NCBI GenBank assembly: GCA_041917695.1
Contig: JAYRXE010000037.1
Location: 434,582-498,581, forward strand
Direction of reading: 5' to 3'
From: Minisyncoccota bacterium
Lineage (GTDB): Bacteria; Patescibacteriota; Minisyncoccia; UBA6257; GWB1-50-10
DNA length: 64,000 nucleotides
The notes beneath the pieces are model-generated. The model searched no databases. It saw nothing but the letters and a program-made list of their open reading frames with translations, and was not told where the DNA came from. Below are positions 8,830 to 20,931 of the stretch, one piece after another. Position numbers and translations under genes: made by a program. Every line of letters begins with the position of its first letter. Position 1 is the stretch's first letter.

Positions 8830-11124
8830 TTATAGTTTTTTAGCCTTAATGCGTAGCGAATTCGACACGACCGATACGGAAGACATCGCCATGGCAAAGC
8901 CGGCGAAGACGGGATTCAAAACCCATCCAAAAATAGGATAAAACACTCCGGCGGCAAGCGGAATGCCGACGATGTTATAAATAAACGCCCAAAAGAGATT
9001 TTGCTTGATCCCACGCATAGTCATCTTTGAAAGGCGTATTGCCTTTACCAATTTCGAGATATCCCCTCCCAAAAGAGTGATGCCCGCCGATTCTATAGCG
9101 ACATCAGTGCCCGTCCCCATCGCAATCCCCACATCTGCTTGCGCGAGCGCGGGCGCGTCATTCACCCCATCACCCGCCATGACGACCGTTCGCCCACTGC
9201 GCTGGAACGACTGTATTTTTTCCCGCTTATCGTAGGGTAACACGTGGGCAACCACCTCATCGATGCCGACCTGCGATGCGATGTGCTTTGCCGTCCTTTC
9301 ATCGTCCCCCGTAAGCATGACCACGCGAATGCCAAGCGAATGGAGGTCATGAATGGCTTTTTTTGATTCTGGCTTTACTTCATCGGCAACCATGAAAAAG
9401 CCCTGCACCGCTTCGCGAGTGGCGAGAATCACCGGGGTTTTCCCCTGGGCGGCAAGCTCAGTGAGTGCGCCGCGGTCAAAGGAAAGACCCATATCATTCA
9501 TGAGTTCGGCATTACCCGCAAAGTATTCGATATCCTCGACGCACCCCTTCAAGCCTTTCCCGCGAAGACTCTCAAAATCGGAAGCTTCCGAAAGGACTAT
9601 CGCATGCTCTTTCGCATATTCCACTATCGCATGGGCAATCGGGTGTTCTGATTTTTTTTCGAGTGCGGCGATAATCGCGATAAGCTCGCGATCTTTCAGG
9701 GTGGAGAAATTCCGTATGTCCGTGAGCGTCGGCTTACCCTTCGTAATCGTTCCCGTTTTATCCACGATAACCGTGTCCGCCTTGTGGAGCTTCTCAAGCG
9801 TCGGCGCATCTTTGATAAGAATTCCCTCCTTGGCTCCCTTGCCAACCCCCACGATGATGGCCGTCGGCGTTGCAAGGCCGAGAGCGCAGGGGCATGCGAT
9901 GACGAGAATTCCCACGAATGATGTGAGGCCAAATGAAACCGCCTGGGAGAATCCTAAATACCGCGAGCCTATCGTAAGCCACGCAGCCAGGGTTATTAGA
10001 GCAAGGCCTAATACTACCGGCACAAAGACAGCTGAAATCTTATCGGCAAGCGCTTGGATTGGCGCCTTGCTTCCCTCCGCTTCTTCAACCATTTTAATGA
10101 TTTGGGCAAGCAAAGTTTCCGGCCCGACTTTCGTCGCCGTAAAGGTAAAAGATCCAGTGGTATTGATAGTGCCGGAAACGACGCTATCGCCAGTTTTTTT
10201 CTGTACTGGCATGGGCTCTCCCGTAACCATCGATTCGTCAACGAAAGAGCTGCCGGCGGTGATAACGCCGTCTACGGGTATCTTGGCGCCCGGTTTTACG
10301 ATAATTGCATCTCCGTGCTGAACATCATGGATGGGGACTTCGATTTCTTTTCCTCCTCGGATGACCAGCGCCGTCTTCGCTTGGAGCGTAAGGAGCTTTT
10401 CTATTGCGTCGCCAGTTTTTATTTTTGACCTTGCTTCGAGGTATTTACCGAAGGCAATGAATGTAATGACCACGATCGTTACGTCGTAATACTGATACTC
10501 GACGTTTATAGACGGGCGAAGGGCTTCCTCAAAAGCTGTGACGGAAAAACTGTATAAAAAGGCCGCAACTGTTCCGATGCCGATAAGCGTGTCCATATTT
10601 GCCTTGCCGTACCGAAGGAAGCGATACAGCCCCATAAGATACGGCTTCCCCACCACAAAGAGGGCGTAGGTCGCCATCACCGGAAGAAGATGGTGGAAAA
10701 ATTCCTTGATCATCTCCCCCATCTCGGGGGCAAGGCCATAGTACGCAAAAATATCCCAGCCCATAATGAAGGCGGCAATCGCAGCGAGCGGAAGGGCGGA
10801 AAGCATGTTAGCCCTCATGCCCTTTACTTCGGCAAGCTTTTCGCTTTTCGATTGATTCAATCCCATATGCGCCGCATGTTCGCTCTCGGACATCCCCATT
10901 CCCTCAGCGCTAGCAGAAACATCAAGCGAGTACCCTAAGGGTTCGATGTGGCGAGAAAGTTCGTGCGGGTTCGTCACGGCGGGATTGAACGCTACCGTCG
11001 CTTTTTCAGTGCCGAAATTAACTTCAACGGTCTCCACGCCGGGAACTTTCTTAAATGCCTTTTCGATGACTGATGCGCATGAAGCGCAATGCATTCCCCG
11101 TACCGGATATGTCCGTGTATCCAT
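8830..11124 (-). CDS. copA: Cu(I)-translocating P1B-type ATPase
   Basis: GMHCASC, TGEP, CPC, DKTGT, SEHP, GDGVND, YN and MAMSS motifs. Confidence 0.95.
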   Translation of the reverse strand: MDTRTYPVRGMHCASCASVIEKAFKKVPGVETVEVNFGTEKATVAFNPAVTNPHELSRHIEPLGYSLDVSASAEGMGMSESEHAAHMGLNQSKSEKLAEVKGMRANMLSALPLAAIAAFIMGWDIFAYYGLAPEMGEMIKEFFHHLLPVMATYALFVVGKPYLMGLYRFLRYGKANMDTLIGIGTVAAFLYSFSVTAFEEALRPSINVEYQYYDVTIVVITFIAFGKYLEARSKIKTGDAIEKLLTLQAKTALVIRGGKEIEVPIHDVQHGDAIIVKPGAKIPVDGVITAGSSFVDESMVTGEPMPVQKKTGDSVVSGTINTTGSFTFTATKVGPETLLAQIIKMVEEAEGSKAPIQALADKISAVFVPVVLGLALITLAAWLTIGSRYLGFSQAVSFGLTSFVGILVIACPCALGLATPTAIIVGVGKGAKEGILIKDAPTLEKLHKADTVIVDKTGTITKGKPTLTDIRNFSTLKDRELIAIIAALEKKSEHPIAHAIVEYAKEHAIVLSEASDFESLRGKGLKGCVEDIEYFAGNAELMNDMGLSFDRGALTELAAQGKTPVILATREAVQGFFMVADEVKPESKKAIHDLHSLGIRVVMLTGDDERTAKHIASQVGIDEVVAHVLPYDKREKIQSFQRSGRTVVMAGDGVNDAPALAQADVGIAMGTGTDVAIESAGITLLGGDISKLVKAIRLSKMTMRGIKQNLFWAFIYNIVGIPLAAGVFYPIFGWVLNPVFAGFAMAMSSVSVVSNSLRIKAKKL

Positions 11125-11125
11125 G

Positions 11126-11401
11126 TTACTTTCGCTTCAGCTGATAAACCTTTATGATCTCCTCTTTTGCCTTCTTGGTCTCGCCCGATTTGATTTGGCG
11201 AAAAACGCAATGTCCCAGATGATTTTCGAGAAGCAGGTCCTCCACGTTGGAAAGCCCCTGCTTTACGGCTGAGGTCTGGGTGATAATGTCGATGCAATAC
11301 GTGTCCCGCTCGACCATCTTTTGGAGGCCGCGCACCTGCCCCTCCAAAAGCTTGAGGCGACGGCTGATCGAACCCTTCGTTTTTTCGTCCATATATTTCA
11401 T
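11126..11401 (-). CDS. csoR: CsoR/RcnR family copper-sensing repressor
   Basis: [15 protein letters not shown]...YC.D...Q...; H..HC. Confidence 0.9.
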   Translation of the reverse strand: MKYMDEKTKGSISRRLKLLEGQVRGLQKMVERDTYCIDIITQTSAVKQGLSNVEDLLLENHLGHCVFRQIKSGETKKAKEEIIKVYQLKRK

Positions 11402-11407
11402 GCATCC

Positions 11408-11435
11408 ACTATACCCCCCAGGGGGTATATTGCAA
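11408..11435 (-). promoter_or_regulatory. csoR-copA promoter with CsoR operator
   Basis: TATACCCCC-T-GGGGGGTATA pseudo-palindrome between TTGCAA and TATAGT; ATG 6 nt after the -10 (leaderless). Confidence 0.85.
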
Positions 11436-11511
11436 GCGGCGTTATCCCCCGTTGCTAAAAAGTGACTGGAGAAAAATAAAAAGCCGCTATAGCGGCTTTA
11501 AAAAGGAGAAT

Positions 11512-12243
11512 CTATTTCACGAGAAGCTCTATTTTCATATCAATGGCTTCATCGCGGACCAAATACAGGCCCTTGTCGGTATTAAACCACGCGGATTCAT
11601 CCAACACCGGCTCAACGCAGACATACTTCTCCGGTGCATCGTTCCAGAAGTATAATTGCGGGGATTCGTTCCTGAAAATCCCATCCACCCTAACATCTAC
11701 TTCCCCGTCTTCCATGCGCACCGTAAAGGAGTCGTGCTTTAGCGGTTCCATTTTAGCTGTATCGGAAAAAGACGCGTCGTAGGCATAATCAAGATCGCCC
11801 ACGCTGCAGACGGCAGCATTCCCCATAAAATAGGGATGGAACCCCACATTTAAAGGCGCGTAGCCGGGCGCCGCATCTTTCCGCTTGAAACCTATGGCAA
11901 GGGAAAGAAAGCCTTCTCTTACTTCATACGTCAGAACATATTCAATGTGCCAGGGGTATCCTCCCATTCCCGCATGGCAATGGAATGTTTTAAGAATAAG
12001 CGCTGTATCGCTTTCACTGACAACCTCCATAGGAAGCTGCCGGAGAAGCCCATGCTTATCCCCCATCGCCGACGAGCCAAACCAGGGTGCGCATATCGGC
12101 ATGCCTCCGCGCATCTTTCCCTTTTCATCCTTCTGATACGGATACAGTATGTCCCTGCCCTTAGCGGAGAACCTTTTCACGGTACCGCCGATTTTTGATA
12201 TCGCGGCTTCAGTCTCTCCGCAACGAATTTTGAATTCTTCCAA
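11512..12243 (-). CDS. Aldose 1-epimerase / galactose mutarotase-like protein
   Basis: RGG.P.C.PWFG, HG..R, G.HPYF, VCVEP motifs. Confidence 0.85.
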   Translation of the reverse strand: MEEFKIRCGETEAAISKIGGTVKRFSAKGRDILYPYQKDEKGKMRGGMPICAPWFGSSAMGDKHGLLRQLPMEVVSESDTALILKTFHCHAGMGGYPWHIEYVLTYEVREGFLSLAIGFKRKDAAPGYAPLNVGFHPYFMGNAAVCSVGDLDYAYDASFSDTAKMEPLKHDSFTVRMEDGEVDVRVDGIFRNESPQLYFWNDAPEKYVCVEPVLDESAWFNTDKGLYLVRDEAIDMKIELLVK

Positions 12244-12292
12244 ATCCCCTACCTCGTTTTAATTTATTAAAATTGGTTATTTAACTAAAAAG

Positions 12293-12330
12293 AAAATACC
12301 ACGTATGTGTGGTATTAGTCAAGGTGCTCC
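12293..12330 (-). repeat. 38-bp promoter/operator unit, copy 2 (copy 1 at 12844-12881)
   Basis: 32/38 identical; contains AATACCAC-N6-GTGGTATT inverted repeat, TTGACT and TGCTCC (tRNA-Asn 3' end). Confidence 0.8.
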
Positions 12331-12391
12331 ACGTCTTGGACGGTATTAGAACGAGGATTCATAAGTAAAAAGAGGGCATATGCCCTCTTTA

Positions 12392-12787
12392 TTAATGATT
12401 AGAATCAAAGAATCCTTCGTTAACAGATGTTACTAAGCAATGAACCTTTCCCTTTCCAACATCCGTACCGGTATAGCTCCCTACCCAAAACCCATCTGCA
12501 AACTTATCAAAAGAATAATAAATTGCTGAACGGTCTTTATAACATTTTCGGAAACTCATTTTTTTCTCTGAAATACGGAAATTGTAAATATCAGCTTCGC
12601 CGAATTTATCTTTAATGTAACCACACACAGTATGTTCCGGCTGAACGGTCACCATTCCTTGAAAAAAATGATACGGTAAACTATCTTCTCTTACTACACC
12701 AATTCCCGGCTTGATACCAATACCATATGAAAGAATCTCATTGAAATAGAGGCCTTGTAAGAGGTAAATATACTTATCTTCGCGCAA
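12392..12787 (-). CDS. Hypothetical protein (AT-rich cassette)
   Basis: 131-aa ORF, GAAGG before TTG start, own promoter, terminator at 12368-12390. Confidence 0.65.
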   Translation of the reverse strand: MREDKYIYLLQGLYFNEILSYGIGIKPGIGVVREDSLPYHFFQGMVTVQPEHTVCGYIKDKFGEADIYNFRISEKKMSFRKCYKDRSAIYYSFDKFADGFWVGSYTGTDVGKGKVHCLVTSVNEGFFDSNH

Positions 12788-12843
12788 TTAAAATACCTTC
12801 TTTCTTTATTTAAAAGTTATTAAAATAGTTTCAAGCTGAAAAC

Positions 12844-12881
12844 AAAATACCACTTGTTAGTGGCATTAGTCAAGATGCTCC
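12844..12881 (-). repeat. 38-bp promoter/operator unit, copy 1, abutting tRNA-Asn 3' end
   Basis: AAAATACCACTTGTTAGTGGCATTAGTCAAGATGCTCC. Confidence 0.8.
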
Positions 12882-12949
12882 CCGGGTAGGATTCGAACCT
12901 ACAACCCGCTCCTTAACAGGGAGACGCTCTACCATTGAGCTACCGGGGA
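12878..12949 (-). tRNA. tRNA-Asn(GTT)
   Basis: Cloverleaf TCCCCGG..CCGGGGA-G, anticodon loop CT-GTT-AA, GTTCGAATC; promoter TTGATT-17-TATACT. Confidence 0.95.
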
Positions 12950-13013
12950 ATGCAAAACCTAGTATAGGAAATACGAGCCTGAAAATCAAATAAAAAGCCC
13001 CGCACTGCGGGAC

Positions 13014-13448
13014 TTAAGCTGAAACCGGCATTTCCTTCCCAATATACTCCATTATCTTTTTTATCACGGAGGCTGCCGAATCATCGGTTGCGCTTATCGG
13101 GAGAACGAAATCCACTTTTGGATGCACTTCCTTTTCCCTGTCTGCAAACTTCGGACCCAGCACCGAAACCCTTATCATCTTCGCATTCCGCTGGGGCTGA
13201 GATACAAATATAAGAAAATCGATGCCGATAAGATCCTCGCGGCTATAGCGGGGATATTTGAAATACGCATGTATCTTCTTATCCTGGCGCATCATGGCAA
13301 GGGCCATTTCCGCCATGTTTTCACGGAAAAAACCTATTTGATCATTAAAAGGGACACTCATCGCGGTCGCGTGCAATTTGGTGATTTCGTCTACCACGCG
13401 CTGGTAAGAGCTCCCATTACTGCCGTTCGTACCGTTGTTTTGATCCAT
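13014..13448 (-). CDS. Hypothetical protein (possible degenerate PD-(D/E)xK fold)
   Basis: 144-aa ORF, GAGG SD, ED..GIDF motif; hairpin at 12995-13013. Confidence 0.6.
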   Translation of the reverse strand: MDQNNGTNGSNGSSYQRVVDEITKLHATAMSVPFNDQIGFFRENMAEMALAMMRQDKKIHAYFKYPRYSREDLIGIDFLIFVSQPQRNAKMIRVSVLGPKFADREKEVHPKVDFVLPISATDDSAASVIKKIMEYIGKEMPVSA

Positions 13449-13585
13449 AGCAAACCCTCGTTTCTATGTAATTTATAATTAATTTTACTGCCTCAATTTA
13501 TACAATACCCAAAATCAAATGGCAAACCGCACCGCCTTTTTTCCTTGAAAAACCCCTTCAGGGAGGCTATACTGCTTTTTGAAAC

Positions 13586-13658
13586 GCCCCTATAGCTCAG
13601 TTGGTAGAGCACCTGCCTTTTAAGCAGTGGGTCCTTGGTTCGAATCCAAGTGGGGGCA
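13586..13658 (+). tRNA. tRNA-Lys(TTT)
   Basis: Cloverleaf GCCCCTA..TGGGGGC-A, loop CT-TTT-AA; promoter TTGAAA-17-TATACT. Confidence 0.95.
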
Positions 13659-13925
13659 CTAAAACAAAAACACCCTATCCTATAGGGCGTTTTTGCTCGT
13701 GTGCGCACCAAAGAAGATTCGAATAGGAAAGAATTTCCTAAGATTACTAGGAAAACCCAGGGGTAATAAAGCTCATCTTGACAGGCGCCTCAAAAATTGA
13801 AATACTCGTAAACAGCTCGAAAACAATACCGGAAAGGAGGGTACCATCAAAGACATTCCGAAATAACACCTCAGAGAAATATTTAATTAACCTATTTTAA
13901 AAAATCCTAAAAACAGAGAAAACGT

Positions 13926-14129
13926 ATGGGATTGAATAAGAACTTGGCCGCAAAAAATAAGAAGCGGCAATTAAAACGTGCCGAAAGACAGGCATTGGAA
14001 AACGGCGGGAGAAATAGGCGCCGTGAAGACGAATTAAGGAACCAGTTAAATAACTCTCCGAGAGGTGAAGATTATGAGATGCAGGGAGGAGAAAGAGGAA
14101 GGGGGGCAGCGTACCAGGACCCCGACTAA
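13926..14129 (+). CDS. Small basic/charged hypothetical protein (67 aa)
   Basis: ORF with upstream TTGACA-17-AATACT and downstream terminator 14151-14176. Confidence 0.55.
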   Translation: MGLNKNLAAKNKKRQLKRAERQALENGGRNRRREDELRNQLNNSPRGEDYEMQGGERGRGAAYQDPD

Positions 14130-14197
14130 GGGAAAGGAAGAACAGATTTATAAAAACCGCCGAATAGGCGGTTTTTAATTTCCTTCTTCTTTCAGTT

Positions 14198-16957
14198 CTA
14201 TGAACACCCTCCCGAGGAATCGCCGCACCCAATGCAGGTAAGGCAGGTTCCCGTGCGGATCATCATGCCGCCGCACTTCTTGCATAACGTCTCGCTCGAT
14301 ACCTTGGCACTACCGGATGATTCAGTACGGGAAGATTCCTCCGTCCGGGCCGCAACTGCGACCGGCGACTTGATCTCTTTAGTCTCAACGAGCGGCTCGG
14401 CCGGGATGAATTGGTGCAAGCCCAACTCGACCAAATCCTCATTTGAAAGGAACCGGGACGCGAGATAGCGGAAAATGTAGTCCAGGATGCTCGTTGCAAT
14501 GCGGATGTTCGCGTTTTCCGTGAATCCGGACGGCTCAAAGCGCGTATAGATGAATTTCTCCACCAGGCGCTTCAACGGAACGCCGTATTGCAGAGCGACC
14601 GAAACGGAAATAGCGAACGCGTCGAGGAGACCAGACAGCGTGCTCCCCTGCTTCGACATCTTGATGAAGATCTCGCCCGGAGTGCCATCTTCGTACATGC
14701 CGTACGTAATGTAGCCGTCGTGCCCCGCAATGGCGAATTTGTGGGTCTCGGAAACGCGCGTCACTGGGAGGCGGTTGCGCGCCGGAACGGCGGCTTCGCG
14801 CGATGCGAGGTCCTTCGTGTCCTTTTTCTTCTGTGCCGCGGTATTCAAGGGCTGGGTTGCCTTCGAACCGTCGCGGTACACGGCAAACGCCTTGATGCCC
14901 AATTTCCAAGCCATCATGTATGCTTCCGCGATTTCCTCTTCGCTCGTTTCATGGGGCATGTTGAACGTCTTCGAGATGGCGCCCGAGATAAACGGCTGGA
15001 CGGCGGCAACCATTTTCACATGGCCTTTCCAGGAAATGGAGCGCGTGCCTTTCGCCGCGCGGACGGCACACTCGAATACCGGCAGATGCTCTTCCTTTAC
15101 GTACGGCGCGCCCTCGATGGTCCCCTGCTCCGAAATATGGGCAAGGATGGCGTCGCGCTCGTCCTTTCCGTAGGCAAGCTTCTCAAGCGCGGCGTCTACG
15201 GAGGCATTCACGATCTTCATCCACCCGCCGCCGACCAACTGCTTCATTTTTACCAGCGAGAAATCCGGTTCGATGCCGGTCGTATCGCAACCCATCATGA
15301 AGGAAATGGTGCCGGTGGGGGCAATGACGGTCGCCTGCGAATTCCTGAAGCCGTGCTCCTCGCCCAAGGCATATGCCTCGTCCCACACTTCCTGCATGGA
15401 CTTTGCGAGCGTGGCATCCTTCAAATGGAACGTATTCACCTGGCGGGACGCGTCGCGGTGCATGCCGATAACGTTCTGCATGGGTTCCTTGTTCACTTCA
15501 TACCCTTCGAACGGCCCTACCCGGCGCGCCAAAAGCGACGAATAGCGGTAGGCTTCGCCGGTCAAAAGAGACGCGATAGCACCGCCCCATGCATGCCCCT
15601 CTTCGGAATCGTAGGGAATTCCCTTCCGCATCAGGAGCGCCCCGAGGTTCGCAAATCCAAGGCCCAGCTCGCGGAAGGCATGCGCATTTGCCGCGATTTT
15701 CGGGGTCGGATAGCTGGAACCGTCAACGATGATGTCCTGGGCGAGGATGAAAACGTCCACCGTATGCTTGAACTCCTTCACCATGAAGGTTCCGTCCTCA
15801 CGCATGAATTTAAGCAGGTTTATTGAGGCTAAATTGCAGGCGGAATCGTCCAAATGCATGTATTCCGAGCACGGATTTGAAGCATTAATACGGCCCGAAT
15901 TGGGGCAGGTGTGCCATTTATTGATGATGGTATCGAACTGGACGCCCGGATCACCGCACTCCCAGGCCGCCTTTGCGATTTCCTTCAAAAGCTCGCGGGC
16001 GCCATACGCCGGCTCCGCGGCATTCGCACCGCCGTGCCGGTAGCTCGTCTTCCACTCTCCGTCCTTCGCGACCGCCTCCATAAAATCATCCGTGATGCGG
16101 ACGGAATTGTTCGCATTCTGAAACTGGATGGAATTCCACGCCTCGTCGTTCAAGTCGGCCATGTTATAGCCCGCATCCATCAATGCGCGCACTTTTTTCT
16201 CCTCTTTCGCCTTCGCCTGAACGAATTCAAGAATGTCCGGATGGTCGATGTTCAGGACGACCATCTTCGCCGCGCGGCGTGTCGTTCCGCCAGACTTGAT
16301 CATGCCCGCCACGGAATCCGCACCGCGCATGAATGAAACGGGACCGGAGGATTTTCCTCCCTGCGAAAGCGATTCGAGTTTCGAGCGCAACGGCGAAAGG
16401 TTGATACCGCTTCCGCTTCCGCCTTTGAAAATCGTTCCTTCGGTTTTAATCCATTCAAGAATCGAACCCATGCTGTCTTCAACGGAAAGAATGAAGCACG
16501 CGGAGCACTGCGGCTTTTCGCGCATGCCGACATTGAACCACACCGGCGAGTTGAACGAGCCTTTTTGATTCACGAGGATGTGCGTCAATTCGTGTTCAAA
16601 CACATTCGCCTGGTTGGCGTCCGCAAAATAACCGAAATCCTCTCCCCACTTTCGAATGTTTTTTACCACGCGGTCGATCATCTGTTTCACGCTCGTTTCG
16701 CGCTCCGGCGTGTTCAGTTTGCCGCGGAAATATTTCGCGGCGGTGATGTTTACCGCGTCTTGCGACCAAAATTCAGGAAACTCGGCGTCTTTTTGTTCAA
16801 AAACGCTGCCGCCGCCGACGGTTGCGTCGCGTTTCACCCATTCGATTTCGTCGTACGGATGCGTGCCTTCACGCGTAAACAGGCGTTTTAACGGAACGGG
16901 CGATCCCATTCTTTTTTTCTTCGAACCTTTTTGCTCAACAGCGCGAACCTGAGACAT
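14198..16957 (-). CDS. nrdJ: Class II (adenosylcobalamin-dependent) ribonucleotide reductase with C-terminal TSCPD/Zn ribbon
   Basis: FNSPVWFN, QCSACFI, SNPCSE, IAPTGTIS, YRDGSK, C-terminal C..C..C..C..GCS. Confidence 0.95.
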   Translation of the reverse strand: MSQVRAVEQKGSKKKRMGSPVPLKRLFTREGTHPYDEIEWVKRDATVGGGSVFEQKDAEFPEFWSQDAVNITAAKYFRGKLNTPERETSVKQMIDRVVKNIRKWGEDFGYFADANQANVFEHELTHILVNQKGSFNSPVWFNVGMREKPQCSACFILSVEDSMGSILEWIKTEGTIFKGGSGSGINLSPLRSKLESLSQGGKSSGPVSFMRGADSVAGMIKSGGTTRRAAKMVVLNIDHPDILEFVQAKAKEEKKVRALMDAGYNMADLNDEAWNSIQFQNANNSVRITDDFMEAVAKDGEWKTSYRHGGANAAEPAYGARELLKEIAKAAWECGDPGVQFDTIINKWHTCPNSGRINASNPCSEYMHLDDSACNLASINLLKFMREDGTFMVKEFKHTVDVFILAQDIIVDGSSYPTPKIAANAHAFRELGLGFANLGALLMRKGIPYDSEEGHAWGGAIASLLTGEAYRYSSLLARRVGPFEGYEVNKEPMQNVIGMHRDASRQVNTFHLKDATLAKSMQEVWDEAYALGEEHGFRNSQATVIAPTGTISFMMGCDTTGIEPDFSLVKMKQLVGGGWMKIVNASVDAALEKLAYGKDERDAILAHISEQGTIEGAPYVKEEHLPVFECAVRAAKGTRSISWKGHVKMVAAVQPFISGAISKTFNMPHETSEEEIAEAYMMAWKLGIKAFAVYRDGSKATQPLNTAAQKKKDTKDLASREAAVPARNRLPVTRVSETHKFAIAGHDGYITYGMYEDGTPGEIFIKMSKQGSTLSGLLDAFAISVSVALQYGVPLKRLVEKFIYTRFEPSGFTENANIRIATSILDYIFRYLASRFLSNEDLVELGLHQFIPAEPLVETKEIKSPVAVAARTEESSRTESSGSAKVSSETLCKKCGGMMIRTGTCLTCIGCGDSSGGCS

Positions 16958-17037
16958 AGCGGTAAAAAACGATAATTGATTTGTTACGAGTTATAGATAT
17001 TCTACTGCCCGAAAAACGTTACGCAATTGACGAAACC

Positions 17038-17046
17038 TGTGGATAA
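17038..17046 (-). promoter_or_regulatory. Perfect DnaA box upstream of nrdJ promoter
   Basis: TTATCCACA ~10 nt upstream of TTGCGT-16-TAGAAT. Confidence 0.5.
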
Positions 17047-17354
17047 GCGTTCCCCGAGGACGATTTTACCCCCATAAAATAAGCTCTTTTTCGCCCCCTC
17101 GAAAAACGCTTCATTTTTCTTCAAAGCTTTATTCCACTTTTCCCTCCTTCGGGAGGAAGATGCCGAGCGGAGGATTTTCCCCTCAAAAATACCCACCAGA
17201 AGAAACGAAAAACGTACGCGCGCGCCGCGCGAGGGAACCAACTTTCTTTTTTCCGCACCCGCATACATGCAGACGCGCCGTAACCCGCGATGTTCCACAA
17301 AAAAATAAAAAACCGCCGTGCGGGCGGATTTTTTTCTCCATAAACACTCTTGTA

Positions 17355-17469
17355 TGCCGGCGTAGCCTACTTTCCCGGAGCCGAAGCCCTAGTATCATCG
17401 GATACGTACGCTTTCACTTCTCTGTTCGGAATGGGAAGAGGTGGTGCACGTACCTATAAAACACCGGCA
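17355..17469 (-). rRNA. rrf: 5S rRNA
   Basis: TGCCGG terminal stem, CACC..TTCCCATTCCGAAC..GAAGTGAA and AGTAGG conserved blocks; terminator ~17309-17336. Confidence 0.92.
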
Positions 17470-17552
17470 AACAAGAATATTCATGTCGTCCATTTTGAAA
17501 TCAGCTTTTTGAGATAGAAATACTACCGCATATTTTGCATATGCGATTAAAA

Positions 17553-20645
<3,093 letters not shown>

Positions 20646-20683
20646 AACGCGTATCAACTACGTGTAATCGCATACACTAAAAG

Positions 20684-20717
20684 TGCGATAGTATTTCTAC
20701 CTCAAAAAACTGATTTC
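20684..20717. repeat. 23S processing stem (inverted repeat with 17497-17530)
   Basis: 34-nt near-perfect complement flanking the 23S, RNase III-type stem. Confidence 0.8.
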
Positions 20718-20861
20718 TCATGTTTTTTGATATTCAGTTATCAAACGTCAGTCAAAAAAAATCGCCTCAGGGGAGGCATCGTTGGCTTCGGGCGGACTTC
20801 AATCAGGCCGCTCGGGAAGCGCTATGCCTCATATGTTCGAATCTGATCATCCGTGGAAGTA

Positions 20862-20891
20862 ATCCTAACGCGGACCGGGAGGGCTTGTCAA
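20862..20891 (-). promoter_or_regulatory. Promoter of 23S-5S unit
   Basis: TTGACA-18-TAGGAT, 40 bp downstream of the helicase stop. Confidence 0.65.
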
Positions 20892-20931
20892 CACCCTCAG
20901 GCGGCTCCCCATGTGGATTTTCCGGGGGTCC

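Noticed and set aside
14588-15826. Long antisense ORFs opposite nrdJ (also opposite copA, glmS, fusA, rpoBC, helicase)
   Set aside because: Expected shadow ORFs from GC-rich codon usage; no recognisable motifs.
16960-17300. Cobalamin riboswitch or oriC upstream of nrdJ
   Set aside because: No B12-box or conserved riboswitch core recognised; only one perfect DnaA box, with no dnaA gene or unwinding element.
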